From a virus (Duplodnaviria; Caudoviricetes), in the IMG/VR virus record IMGVR_UViG_3300034065_000059, positions 1 to 59,466 of that record: DNA of 59,466 bases; one strand, given 5' to 3'. The notes beneath the pieces were generated by a model that was not told the origin of the DNA, did no database searches, and saw only the letters and a program-made list of their open reading frames with translations. Made by a program: the position numbers and the translations under genes. Shown piece by piece: positions 17,670-27,488 of this stretch. Position 1 is the stretch's first letter. Each line of letters begins with the position of its first letter.

Positions 17670-19284
17670 AGAGATAAAAAAGAATAACGATACGGCCAGT
17701 GCGGCACAAGGCGTTCAAGGTGGACAGCCACAAATGGATATGCGAGAGTTAGGCCAGACCGGTCTTAAGAGATTTTCAGGTTTTTTGTACGAGGAATTCC
17801 TTAAAGAGCTTACAGGCGAGCGCGCAATTGAAGTGTACAAGGAAATGGGTTGGAATGACCCGACTTGCTACGCCATTCTTTTTGCCATCACCATGCTCTG
17901 CCGGCGCGTCAAGTGGTTCGTGGAAGCCGCGTCATCGTCCAACCGCGAAGACCAAGCCGCCGGTGAGTTTCTTGAAACGTGCATGAACGACATGTCTAGC
18001 ACGTGGATTGACACGCTCACCGAAATCCTGTCCATGCTGCAATACGGTTACTCGGTTCACGAGATTGTTTATAAGCGCCGGTGCGGTGACGTCTTTGACC
18101 CGTCCATGCGCTCTAAGTACGAAGACGGCCGGATTGGCTGGCGTAAAATCCCGATTCGCTCGCAAGACAGTATTTACCGTTGGCAGTTTGACGACAATGG
18201 CGGCATTCAGGGCGTTGAGCAACTAGCCCCGCCGCACTACTACCGGATAACCATACCGGTTGAAAAAATGTTGCTCTTTCGCACCACGACTTTCAAGAAT
18301 AATCCGGAAGGGCAAAGCGTACTACGCGGCGCTTACCGAAGCTGGTGGATGAAAAAACAGATTGAAAATATTGAAGCCGTCGGCGTTGAGCGCGACCTTG
18401 CCGGCTTGCCCATGGCGCTGGTGCCGCCCGAAATCATGTCCAAGAATGCCAGCGCCGACCAAAAAGCCCAGCTTGCTGCCATCACCAATATCGTCACCAA
18501 CATTCGGCGCAACGCCCAAGAGGGCGTCATTATGCCGATGGACTATGACGCGGGCGGCAAACTACGTTTTGAATTAAAATTACTATCGACCGGCGGCACG
18601 AGACAGTTTGACACGTCGGGAATTATCAACCGCTATGACCAGCGCATGGCTATGACCGTGCTTGCCGACTTCATGTTGCTTGGTCAAGACAAGGTGGGCA
18701 GCTTTGCGCTTTCTAGTTCAAAGACCAATCTATTCGCAACTGCTATCGGTTCTTTCCTTGACATTATTGCCGACGTTTTCAATCGGTATGCTATCCCGCG
18801 CCTCTTTGCGCTTAATGACTTTTCAATCACCGACTACCCCAAAATCAAACATGGCAATTTGGGCAGTGTTGACCTTAACGAGCTTGGCACCTTCCTTCGC
18901 AATTGCGCTCAGTCTGGCATCATGTTGGCCCAAGGCCCCGACGCCCAAAAGCACCTAATGGAAATTGCCGGGCTGCCGACGTCGGACACTCCCGAAGAGG
19001 AAACGGAAACCTTTATTGAGGATCCGAGCGGTAAGGCTGGCACGCCTGACGAGCAAAAAGACGATGACGTTGGCAGCGGTGCGCAACAGCCTATGGGTGC
19101 CGGGCGCCAAGGGCCGGAAGCCGAGCTTGGCCCGGAGCCCATTTCGGAAGTCGGGCAGCAACCGCCTTACGACAACACCAGCGGCACCACCGAGGAAACC
19201 GACCAACACCGAAGCTTTCTAGGTAATAAAAACCGAAGCTTTCTAGGTAATAAAAACCGAAGCTTTCTAGGTAATAAAAAATGA
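17662..19284 (+). CDS. Portal protein (DUF935/Mu gp29-like)
   Basis: YGYSVHEIVY, NNPEGQSVLRGAY, ERDLAGLP, GSFALS, NRYAIPRLFALN; acidic tail; position in the head module. Confidence 0.9.
   Translation: MAEEIKKNNDTASAAQGVQGGQPQMDMRELGQTGLKRFSGFLYEEFLKELTGERAIEVYKEMGWNDPTCYAILFAITMLCRRVKWFVEAASSSNREDQAAGEFLETCMNDMSSTWIDTLTEILSMLQYGYSVHEIVYKRRCGDVFDPSMRSKYEDGRIGWRKIPIRSQDSIYRWQFDDNGGIQGVEQLAPPHYYRITIPVEKMLLFRTTTFKNNPEGQSVLRGAYRSWWMKKQIENIEAVGVERDLAGLPMALVPPEIMSKNASADQKAQLAAITNIVTNIRRNAQEGVIMPMDYDAGGKLRFELKLLSTGGTRQFDTSGIINRYDQRMAMTVLADFMLLGQDKVGSFALSSSKTNLFATAIGSFLDIIADVFNRYAIPRLFALNDFSITDYPKIKHGNLGSVDLNELGTFLRNCAQSGIMLAQGPDAQKHLMEIAGLPTSDTPEEETETFIEDPSGKAGTPDEQKDDDVGSGAQQPMGAGRQGPEAELGPEPISEVGQQPPYDNTSGTTEETDQHRSFLGNKNRSFLGNKNRSFLGNKK
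19208..19279 (+). repeat. 3 x 24-bp perfect tandem repeat at the portal 3' end
   Basis: (ACCGAAGCTTTCTAGGTAATAAAA)x3. Confidence 0.95.
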
Positions 19285-19475
19285 AAGAATCAGAGTTGCA
19301 GCGCCGGGTGAGAGTTGAGCGCGAAGACCGCAATAAGTGGATTGCTGAGCAAGTTAGGACGGGCGCTATTATTCCCGCAAAAATGGACATGTCGCAAAGT
19401 TGGTGGCCGGCGCGTCCGGCTATCAAAAAAGATAAACGGGAAATCGCCCGCCTATATGGAGTAGAAAAACTATGA
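19281..19475 (+). CDS. Hypothetical protein
   Basis: ATGA overlaps on both sides. Confidence 0.6.
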   Translation: MKESELQRRVRVEREDRNKWIAEQVRTGAIIPAKMDMSQSWWPARPAIKKDKREIARLYGVEKL

Positions 19476-20005
19476 TGCTAGTGACGCTCACGCCCTATAT
19501 CCCGGGCAGCTTTGGTGGCTCTAAACTCGGCGCCCAACGGGACTATAATTTAGACGCGGTTAAATCCTTTCACGTCATTAAAGACCAACACAATGGACAT
19601 GTTTATACGGTGCTTAATTTTGGTGGCCGTGACCTTGAAAATGTGGCCGAATCAAAAGCCGCTATCTTGGAAACCATTGGCGCCAAGGCCAAGACGCTTA
19701 CCGCCGTCGATTTACCGAAGCCCGCCCCGCGTGTGCTACCGCCCGCGCGTGATGACCACCACACCGCTACCGGCGCGCCCCGTGCCGCCGCGCACACGCG
19801 CCCGTCTGAGCCCCCACCAAGCCGGCCCTACGTGCGATCAACCGTTGACGCCGCCGACGCGCCGCGCCCAACCGACCGTAAGCCCCCGCCGGCTGCCGAC
19901 GCTGCCCCGGCTGTCGAGACTACCACCGCTGCCGCGTCTACCCCGGTGACGAAGACCGAAGCCCCGAAAGTTGAAGTCAAGAAAGCCAAGTGGGAAAAGA
20001 AATAG
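19472..20005 (+). CDS. Hypothetical protein with Pro/Ala-rich tail
   Basis: GGAG SD; globular N-terminus, low-complexity C-terminus. Confidence 0.65.
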   Translation: MMLVTLTPYIPGSFGGSKLGAQRDYNLDAVKSFHVIKDQHNGHVYTVLNFGGRDLENVAESKAAILETIGAKAKTLTAVDLPKPAPRVLPPARDDHHTATGAPRAAAHTRPSEPPPSRPYVRSTVDAADAPRPTDRKPPPAADAAPAVETTTAAASTPVTKTEAPKVEVKKAKWEKK

Positions 20006-20968
20006 TTGAGCCTGCAATTTTATTCCACCATCGCCAAAGCGTCCGACAAGCCGCCAAATAAGCGGAAGCCGCGCAAGCGCACCAAAGTGACCGAGACACA
20101 ACGGCGCTCGGAAGCGCTGCAAAAGTTTATGTCTAACGCCATGCGTCTGGACTTGGTGTCGGGCTTTAGGACTTTTAAAAAACGGGTTTCGGCGGAAGCC
20201 CTCATGGGAGCGTGGAAAAGCGGCGACTATTCCAAACTTTTTGCCCATATTCCGTGGGATAAGCTGCCCGGTGACCTGGGCAAAGCCAATGCGGCAGTGG
20301 CGCGCACCGCCCAAAAAGCCGGGGAAATGCAGCTTGAAATCTTGCCGCCAAACATCAATAAAAAGCTGCGCTTCGACGTGGAAAACCCGGTATTGCGGAC
20401 CTACCTGCAAAAGCGCACGGCCGAGTTAGTCACCCGCGTCAACGCCGACACCAAGACCGTCATTCGGGATGCAGTGACCCGGTCTTTCACCACAGCCGTC
20501 ACCCCGCGCCAAGTCGCCGACCAAATCAAAGGGTCTATTGGACTATTGCCAAGTCACGCCCTCGCCGTGGAAAAATACCGCGAGGGTTTGGTGGAAGCTA
20601 AAGTTGCGCCGGCTCAGGTCGAAAAGCTAGCTGACGCCTACGCCGACAAGCTTTTGGACTATCGCGCCATGAATATCGCCCGCACCGAAACCAGGGGGGC
20701 GATCAATCAAGGGCAGTTGTCAGTCTGGCGCGAAGGTGTTAATCAAGGGTATATTGATAGAGAGACGGCTGAGAAAGAGTGGTTAGTGGACGGCGCCCCT
20801 TGCCCTATATGCGAGCCAATGGACGGCACGCGTGTTGGCATTGACGACGCTTTTGAAGTCACTTACCCCGACGGCACAGTTGAGTACGTGCAGACGCCGT
20901 CGGAAATTCACCCGAGTTGCCAGTGCAGTATGGCACTGCATTTTGGTGAGACAGAAATAGAGCGATAA
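20006..20968 (+). CDS. MuF/gp7-like minor head protein
   Basis: RAMNIARTET, KEW..PCPICEPMDG, HPSCQC. Confidence 0.9.
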   Translation: MSLQFYSTIAKASDKPPNKRKPRKRTKVTETQRRSEALQKFMSNAMRLDLVSGFRTFKKRVSAEALMGAWKSGDYSKLFAHIPWDKLPGDLGKANAAVARTAQKAGEMQLEILPPNINKKLRFDVENPVLRTYLQKRTAELVTRVNADTKTVIRDAVTRSFTTAVTPRQVADQIKGSIGLLPSHALAVEKYREGLVEAKVAPAQVEKLADAYADKLLDYRAMNIARTETRGAINQGQLSVWREGVNQGYIDRETAEKEWLVDGAPCPICEPMDGTRVGIDDAFEVTYPDGTVEYVQTPSEIHPSCQCSMALHFGETEIER

Positions 20969-21001
20969 AAAGACGTCACGAGCCAAGGAAGGCGAGAGAC
21001 A

Positions 21002-23308
21002 ATGGGCAGAGTGATTGACGCGGTTAAACGCGTCGTGGGCAAAGGTCAACCAACGTCAAGCGACGTGCATGTGAATGCACCGCTAGGCTCGCGCCGTCGT
21101 CTTAAAAAGAATGACGTCGATAATACTGACACCGACCCGCCGCTCAATAACCTCGAAGCGGAATTTATTCACGCCGCCATCGGCCGCAAGACCATGGACG
21201 CGCCCCAACCTTTTGGTGCCGAGCCCGACGACGATGACGAGCAAGACGACGATGACGTTGAAAAGCGCCGGCACAATATTGATGACGACGAAGACGAAGA
21301 CCTTGAAGACGACGAAGACTATGACGACATTGAAAAGGCTAGTCCGCGCCGTGTGGCGTCGGTTGCCGTCATGCACGGTGACCACTTGCTCATGGGAAAG
21401 CGTCGTGACAATGGTAAGTGGACGATGCCCGGTGGGCATGTTGACGACGGCGAAGACTTCCATAGTGGTGCGCTTCGGGAATTACTCGAAGAGGCTGGAA
21501 TTGAAACGGACAGGCTTGACGCTCTTACCGACGTCAATGAAAAAACCGACAAAGCGGGCTTACCGCTACACGTGCAAGGCTTTGGCCTAGACCTGACCGA
21601 CGATGATCGGCCGCCCACCACCATGCAGGGGGACCCTGACGGTGAAGTGCATCGGTGGCAGTGGGTCAATACGGCCGACGGTTTGCCGGACGATATCGCC
21701 GAAAATATGCACGTGCCACCCGAGCATAATATTTTAATGCACGCGCTCGGGCTGGCCGAGCCGGTCGAAAAAGACGACGCGCCAGACGGCTCGTGGCTGC
21801 ACGACTATCAAAATCTTGTCAGCGGCATGGACTATGAAGCTGAAGACGCGGGGGACAATGACCACGACACCCACCGAGCCATTGCCGCCGCTAATCTTGC
21901 TGAAGACCCGGACCACTACAAAGACGCCCGCGCCGAAGACGGCGAAGACGTCGGCGACGGGCTCAACCTTGACCTCGGTAGCGGTCAAGCTCGGCAATCA
22001 GGTTATTTGGGTGTGGACACGTACAAATTCGATCACGGTACTATCGTCCATGATTTGACATGCGGGTTGCCCTTCCCCGATGGTTGCGCTTCCAATGTCC
22101 GCATGGTGAACGCGCTGCACACGGTTGACCACGGTGGCGACATTAAGCCGCTACTGTCTGAAATTCAGCGCGTGCTCATGCCCGGAGGTCAGTTTTATTA
22201 TGAGGGACCTTCTGATATCTCGAATGATGCAGGCCAGCTTGAAGGACTGGCAGACGTCACGCCCGAAGAGGTTGGCAAAGACGCGGCCGGCGACAACAGT
22301 GACACCGGTTTCCCCGAAGGCGATAATGACACGCGATGGCATTACCACGTCTTCTCTCGCCTCGCGAATCCTGACGCAGCCGCGTCCGATGACGCTCAGC
22401 CTCGAATCGGTCTTGCCGCGCAAGACAATCTTGGGTCGGATACTTTACTCGCCTCTGACGTTGACAGCTATTATTCTGAAGACAGCACGACAACTGGCGC
22501 GGGTAATCGGCGGCATGGTTATCCCTCGCAAGGGGCGCTAGTCGCCAAGGGTGGACCGGGTAGCGGACCACACCCAGGCGAGGGCGGTGAAGGCAAAAAG
22601 CCTAAAGAGAAAAAAGACCCGGCCACCATGTCAGTTGGTGAGCTTAAAAAAGAATACGCTTCGCTTCATGAAAAACAATCAAAGAATACTAGCGCGCAAA
22701 TTGAAGCTGGCTTCGGCACAATGCGCCCATCGGATATGCGCCAGCAACAGCCCAATCACCCCCTAACAAAAGAAATGGATGCCATAAGTGACCGCATGTT
22801 TGCCATTCGGCATGAAGCTGAGCGGCGCGGTGGTCCGGGTTTTTCTGTTGACCAGCTTACGCGTATTCATAAGCCTATAGGTAAATCAGCATACATCGCC
22901 AAGTCTCTCACTGGTGAAGGTTTCCAGACCACCAAGTTTTGCCCAATCTTTAAAGCTGTCGCGTCTCAACAAATTGTCTATTGCGTCGTGCTCACGCCCG
23001 ACGAAGCTGACGAGCAAGATGATTTTATGGACGCCGACGAAATTGAAAAGACGGCGCACGAGTATTTACTAAAATCGCGCGTCATCGGCTCAAACCACAC
23101 CAAAGCTATTCAAGCCGCGCCGGTGGAAAGCTATATCGCGCCGTGCGACTTTGACGGCAACGGGCAGTATGGTCCGCAAACCGTAAAAAAAGGCTCGTGG
23201 TGCATCGGCATCAAAGTCTTCGACAAAGACGAGTGGAAAAAAGTTGAAAAGGGCGAATATCAAGGCGTCAGCGTTGGTGGTCTTGGCTTGCGCGACCGAA
23301 TGAATTGA
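21002..23308 (+). CDS. Multidomain head-maturation protease (XkdF-like) with Nudix and SAM-methyltransferase domains
   Basis: Nudix box GGHVDDGEDFHSGALRELLEEAG; LDLGSG..LPFPDG..EIQRVLMPGG; QIVYCVVLTPD..EIEKTAHEY..VESYIAP..KGSW..GVSVGG. Confidence 0.85.
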   Translation: MGRVIDAVKRVVGKGQPTSSDVHVNAPLGSRRRLKKNDVDNTDTDPPLNNLEAEFIHAAIGRKTMDAPQPFGAEPDDDDEQDDDDVEKRRHNIDDDEDEDLEDDEDYDDIEKASPRRVASVAVMHGDHLLMGKRRDNGKWTMPGGHVDDGEDFHSGALRELLEEAGIETDRLDALTDVNEKTDKAGLPLHVQGFGLDLTDDDRPPTTMQGDPDGEVHRWQWVNTADGLPDDIAENMHVPPEHNILMHALGLAEPVEKDDAPDGSWLHDYQNLVSGMDYEAEDAGDNDHDTHRAIAAANLAEDPDHYKDARAEDGEDVGDGLNLDLGSGQARQSGYLGVDTYKFDHGTIVHDLTCGLPFPDGCASNVRMVNALHTVDHGGDIKPLLSEIQRVLMPGGQFYYEGPSDISNDAGQLEGLADVTPEEVGKDAAGDNSDTGFPEGDNDTRWHYHVFSRLANPDAAASDDAQPRIGLAAQDNLGSDTLLASDVDSYYSEDSTTTGAGNRRHGYPSQGALVAKGGPGSGPHPGEGGEGKKPKEKKDPATMSVGELKKEYASLHEKQSKNTSAQIEAGFGTMRPSDMRQQQPNHPLTKEMDAISDRMFAIRHEAERRGGPGFSVDQLTRIHKPIGKSAYIAKSLTGEGFQTTKFCPIFKAVASQQIVYCVVLTPDEADEQDDFMDADEIEKTAHEYLLKSRVIGSNHTKAIQAAPVESYIAPCDFDGNGQYGPQTVKKGSWCIGIKVFDKDEWKKVEKGEYQGVSVGGLGLRDRMN

Positions 23309-23318
23309 GGCAACATTA

Positions 23319-24797
23319 ATGTCAACACTCTCTCGCATACAAAAAGCCATTCGGTTGCACACATTGGAAGCTGCCGAAGTTAGTCTAGTTCCGCAAGGCG
23401 CCAACCGCCGGCGGTTTTTAATATTTAAAAGGGGCGGGAAAGATATGGAAGCTGATCCCGTTGAAAAGGGCGGACCGGGCAGCGGGCGCAAGCCGGGCGG
23501 CGGCAGCGGTGACAAGAAAGAGCCTGAGAAAAAAGACGAAGGTAAAAAGGGCGAAGGCAAGACCATAGGGAAAACTACGTCGGGTAAAGACATTCACGAG
23601 ACGGGCGAAAAAAGCACCAAGGGCTGGTCAAGCCAAGACCATATGGACGCCTTTCACGCGCACACGGAAAAAGGCATGGACGCTCATGCGGCGATGATGG
23701 CCCATCCGTCTTTTCAGGCTGCACGCACCGCTGGTGACCACTATCGCACGCCTGAACAGGCAGCGGCAATTTCCAGTGACCCAAAAGTACGTGAGCACCA
23801 AGCTACAAGCGACAAGCATCATGCGATCGCGGAGCAACATTATCAAGCATCTAAGAAAGTAAAAAAATCTCGTTTTGGGGAACTTATGGCAAAAATCAGA
23901 AAAGCTGACCCGAAAATGATGGAACGGGTTCAACAGTGCATGACCAGCTACGGCACCAGTAAAGTTGCCAAAGCGCCAGACGGTGGCGGCGACGGTAAGG
24001 TGCGCGCTGGCGGCACTGTCGGTGATTCAAACCCGGCGCCCGCTTCCTTATCTGACGAAGCGCAAGCCGCTCTGAAAGCTGCCGCGCGCATCCTTGGGCC
24101 GCACGTCGACGAAATCCCGGCGGACCTGGTGCATAAGGTCATTGAAGCGAGCGGCTATGAAGTGAAGGAAAACCCGGAAGGGCCTGAAACCGGTGCCGGT
24201 GATGGTCAGACCGAGTTGCCCGATAGTGTGAACAAGAAAAAAGACGGGTCGGCCGTCGATAACAACGGAGAGGAACACGTGAGCAAATCAGCAAGTGATA
24301 CTCCGTCTCTCGAAGGTCTTGACCCGAAGACCCGTGAGACACTGGAAGGCGTTTTCAAGTCCAACGCTGAGTTGGTCCAAAAGAACGCTGACCTTGAAAA
24401 ACGCGTCAAAGACGCGGAAGTGAAGGACCGTCAGCGTGAAATCGTCGCGAAGGCTTCGGCTTTCACGGCGCTGGCGCTGCCGCAAGACCAAATCGTGGCC
24501 ATGCTGACCGGCGCCGATGCGCAAGGCAAGGAAGCGCTGGAATTGGTCGAAAAAAACTTGAGCGTGCTTAACGAGCAAGCGGCCAAGTCCAATCTCTTTA
24601 AAGAGCTTGGCTCGAATCTGCCCAAGGGCGGCAACTCGGAAGCCGACCTTGACCGCAAGATTGCCGCGCTCGGTGACAGCATTGTTGCCAAAAGCGGCGA
24701 AAAAATGACCGACGCGCAAAAGTATGAGCGGGCGCTATTTTCGCCGGAAGGCCAAGCGCTCTATAAGCAACACCAAGCTGCACGCGGGGGCATCTAA
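23319..24797 (+). CDS. Scaffold protein with protease-like N-terminal segment
   Basis: EVSLVPQGAN..FLIFK, KGGPGSG, coiled-coil C-terminus; lies upstream of the capsid genes. Confidence 0.7.
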   Translation: MSTLSRIQKAIRLHTLEAAEVSLVPQGANRRRFLIFKRGGKDMEADPVEKGGPGSGRKPGGGSGDKKEPEKKDEGKKGEGKTIGKTTSGKDIHETGEKSTKGWSSQDHMDAFHAHTEKGMDAHAAMMAHPSFQAARTAGDHYRTPEQAAAISSDPKVREHQATSDKHHAIAEQHYQASKKVKKSRFGELMAKIRKADPKMMERVQQCMTSYGTSKVAKAPDGGGDGKVRAGGTVGDSNPAPASLSDEAQAALKAAARILGPHVDEIPADLVHKVIEASGYEVKENPEGPETGAGDGQTELPDSVNKKKDGSAVDNNGEEHVSKSASDTPSLEGLDPKTRETLEGVFKSNAELVQKNADLEKRVKDAEVKDRQREIVAKASAFTALALPQDQIVAMLTGADAQGKEALELVEKNLSVLNEQAAKSNLFKELGSNLPKGGNSEADLDRKIAALGDSIVAKSGEKMTDAQKYERALFSPEGQALYKQHQAARGGI

Positions 24798-24800
24798 TCC

Positions 24801-25217
24801 ATGACAATCACAAACAATGCAGCGTATGAAATCCCAAAATTCAACTTTGGCGTGCTGGAAGCCAACGTTGACATGTCAAGCGAAGCGACGTGGCAATACA
24901 CGCTCGTGGACGTTGCCGCCGCGTCGGGCGCCGGGCTCTTGGGTCCGGCCGCGCTTGTGGCGCCGTCGGGTGGCGCTGCCGGCCTTGGCGTGCTCCAAAA
25001 TAACCCGCAACTCGCGGAAGCGGGCACGGTCATGGTCCACGGCGTCACCAAGGCGCAAGCCGGTGGCACGTTTTCCATTGGCGCTATCCTGATGTGCGAT
25101 AGCTCGGGCCAACTGATTACCGCTACCAGCGGCAACTTTGGTGTGGCTAAGGCGCTGCAAGCCGGCGTCTCGGGCACTATCGTGTCGGTCTTGCTTTACG
25201 GCTACGGCAAGCAATAA
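24801..25217 (+). CDS. Head decoration/cement protein
   Basis: GVLQNNP..GTVMVHGVTKAQAGG..G..L..DSSG pattern; directly before the major capsid gene. Confidence 0.75.
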   Translation: MTITNNAAYEIPKFNFGVLEANVDMSSEATWQYTLVDVAAASGAGLLGPAALVAPSGGAAGLGVLQNNPQLAEAGTVMVHGVTKAQAGGTFSIGAILMCDSSGQLITATSGNFGVAKALQAGVSGTIVSVLLYGYGKQ

Positions 25218-25250
25218 CAAAACCATTTTTAAAAGAAAGGCGAATATTCA

Positions 25251-26222
25251 ATGCCTCAACCGACACGAAGCGACGTCCACGTAAACCGCCCGCTTACGAA
25301 TATCAGCATTGCCTATATTCAAAAAGCGGCCGATTTCGTGGCCGACAAGGTTTTTCCGATTGTCCCGGTCATGAAACAGTCAGACCGGTACTTCAGCTAC
25401 ACCAAAGATTATTGGTTTCGCACGGTCGCGGATAAGCGCGCCCCGGCAACCGAGTCGGCTGGTAGCGGTTTCCACGTTGATAATACGCCGTCGTATTACT
25501 GCGACGTGTGGGCCGCGCACCAAGACGTTGACGACCAGACGAGGGCCAACGCTGACGAGCCCCTGAATATGGATCGTGACGCGACCTTGTTCGTCACTCA
25601 AAACTTGATGCTTCGTCGTGAGCTTCAATTTTTGGGCACCTACATGGCCACGGGCGTGTGGACGGGCTCTAGCACGGGCGGCGACATTTCGCCGAGCACG
25701 CAATGGGACAGCAACGCGGCTGACCCAATGTATGACGTCGATTTCCAAAAGCAGTACGTCAAGAGCCAAACGGGCTACATGCCCAATACGCTGCTTGTGT
25801 CGCCCGACGTATTTTTCGCGCTCCGCAACTGCCCGGCCGTGCTTGACCGTATTAAGTACACCCAACGCGGTGTCGTGACCACGGACTTGCTCGCCGAAGT
25901 GCTTGGCGTCGAAAAATTCTTGGTTGCTTACGGCGTGGTGAATACCGCGGCCGAAGGCGCGACCTTCGCCGGCCAGTACATCACCAAAAACCAAGCCCTC
26001 TTGGTTTATGCCAACCCGGCCCCGTCGATTTTGCAGCCGTCCGGTGGCTACATTTTCTCGTGGCAAGGTCTTTACGGCGCGGGCGCCTACGGCAACCGCA
26101 TTAAGTCTTTCCGTATGGAGCCCCTGGCTTCGGACCGGATTGAGGGCGAAATGTCTTTCGCCATGAAGCTGGTTTCGGCTGACGTCGGAATGCTCTTCGT
26201 TAACGTGCTCGGCACACCGTAA
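25251..26222 (+). CDS. Major capsid protein
   Basis: HVNRPLTNISIAYIQ..FVADKVFPIVPV, PNTLLVS; size and position. Confidence 0.9.
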   Translation: MPQPTRSDVHVNRPLTNISIAYIQKAADFVADKVFPIVPVMKQSDRYFSYTKDYWFRTVADKRAPATESAGSGFHVDNTPSYYCDVWAAHQDVDDQTRANADEPLNMDRDATLFVTQNLMLRRELQFLGTYMATGVWTGSSTGGDISPSTQWDSNAADPMYDVDFQKQYVKSQTGYMPNTLLVSPDVFFALRNCPAVLDRIKYTQRGVVTTDLLAEVLGVEKFLVAYGVVNTAAEGATFAGQYITKNQALLVYANPAPSILQPSGGYIFSWQGLYGAGAYGNRIKSFRMEPLASDRIEGEMSFAMKLVSADVGMLFVNVLGTP

Positions 26223-26238
26223 TAGTGGAGTTTGCAGT

Positions 26239-26544
26239 ATGTACGTGTGCCAAAAGGGTGAGCTTAAACTCAAGTCTGGTCAGGTGGTCCGCCGTGGCCA
26301 AGTTGTACCGGACGCCGAAAACTGGCCAGAAAACATACTGCATTTCCATATTCGCACAGGCATTTTGCGAAAAATTGCCGACGCGCCAAAACTTAAGGGT
26401 AGCCACGCCAGCGTCACCGTTGACGTGGCACCCCTTAAGCCGGCGTCACCGGTCCCAGCCCCGGCGCCGACCGAAGCTAAAGCTACCGTGAAAGCGTCCG
26501 AAAAGAAACCATCTCGCGATCATAACCGCAAAAAGGGGCGTTAA
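26239..26544 (+). CDS. Hypothetical head-associated protein
   Basis: GGAG SD; follows the major capsid gene. Confidence 0.6.
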   Translation: MYVCQKGELKLKSGQVVRRGQVVPDAENWPENILHFHIRTGILRKIADAPKLKGSHASVTVDVAPLKPASPVPAPAPTEAKATVKASEKKPSRDHNRKKGR

Positions 26545-26547
26545 GCC

Positions 26548-27012
26548 TTGACTTGGACCTATAGCGGCAACCCTGGTTTGAGCGCCAAAGACGCAACGCG
26601 TTTTTACATTGGCGACACGGATCAGCGTAATCAGCTTTTGCAAGACGGCGAGATTGAGTACGTGCTCAATATATACAATAACACGCCGATTAATGCCGCT
26701 ATCCGCTGTTGTGAAATGATTATGGCCAAGGTGACCCGGTTGGTCGACGAAAGCGTTGGGCAGGTAAAGCTGTCCTACTCGCAGCGCGTTAAAGCCTTCC
26801 GCGACCTTCGCAACGACCTGGTAAACCGCCTAGCCACCGAAGACGCGACGCCGTTTGCCGGCGGCATTTCAATCGCGCAAGTAATGGCCACTAATCAGAA
26901 TGCGGACCGCGTGCGCCCAAGTTTCACTGACCACATGATGCAAAATAATCTGACGTCACCGTGGATTTTGGGCGGTGAGTGTTATTTTTGGCTTTACTCT
27001 GGGCCGGGCTAA
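26548..27012 (+). CDS. Head-tail adaptor
   Basis: WTYSGNP..RFYIGDTD..LLQDGEI motif. Confidence 0.75.
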   Translation: MTWTYSGNPGLSAKDATRFYIGDTDQRNQLLQDGEIEYVLNIYNNTPINAAIRCCEMIMAKVTRLVDESVGQVKLSYSQRVKAFRDLRNDLVNRLATEDATPFAGGISIAQVMATNQNADRVRPSFTDHMMQNNLTSPWILGGECYFWLYSGPG

Positions 27013-27488
27013 TGCTGAAAGCTCACGTCAAGATCACTGAGCATAACGAAAAGCTGAAAAAGCTCAAAGAACGGCTAAAAGGCATCAAGAAAGCATATGT
27101 GTCGATCGGTGTGCATGAAGACGCAGGGGAATATGAGGGAGGGCTGGAAGTGTTTCAAGTGGCGCTATGGAATGAATTTGGCACGGAAACTATTCCGGCG
27201 CGTTCATTTTTTCGCTCCACGCTTGCCGAACACGAAGCCGACATAAACCACTGGCGCGCCGACCTCCTCAAGGAAGTCATTGAAGGTAAAATCACGGTGC
27301 AAAAAGCTCTTAGCACCATTGGCTTTCGCGTGCGCGAGCTAATTAAAAACAAAATTAATTCCAATGTCCCTCCCGAAAATGCCCCGAGCACGGTGGCCAA
27401 GAAAAAGGCCGAAGGCGTTGCTCCACGCACGCTTGTGGAAACTGGCCTGTTACTGCGCTCTATAGAGTTTAAGGTGGTGCTCGAATGA
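27012..27488 (+). CDS. Neck/tail-completion protein
   Basis: NEFGT..IPARSFFR, PENAPSTVAKK..LVETGLL. Confidence 0.8.
   Translation: MLKAHVKITEHNEKLKKLKERLKGIKKAYVSIGVHEDAGEYEGGLEVFQVALWNEFGTETIPARSFFRSTLAEHEADINHWRADLLKEVIEGKITVQKALSTIGFRVRELIKNKINSNVPPENAPSTVAKKKAEGVAPRTLVETGLLLRSIEFKVVLE

Noticed and set aside
19208-19279. Possible CRISPR array
   Set aside because: Repeats abut with no spacers; no cas operon, and DUF2800 is a replication-module nuclease
25380-26273. 297-aa antisense ORF over the major capsid gene
   Set aside because: Codon-bias shadow with no recognisable motif
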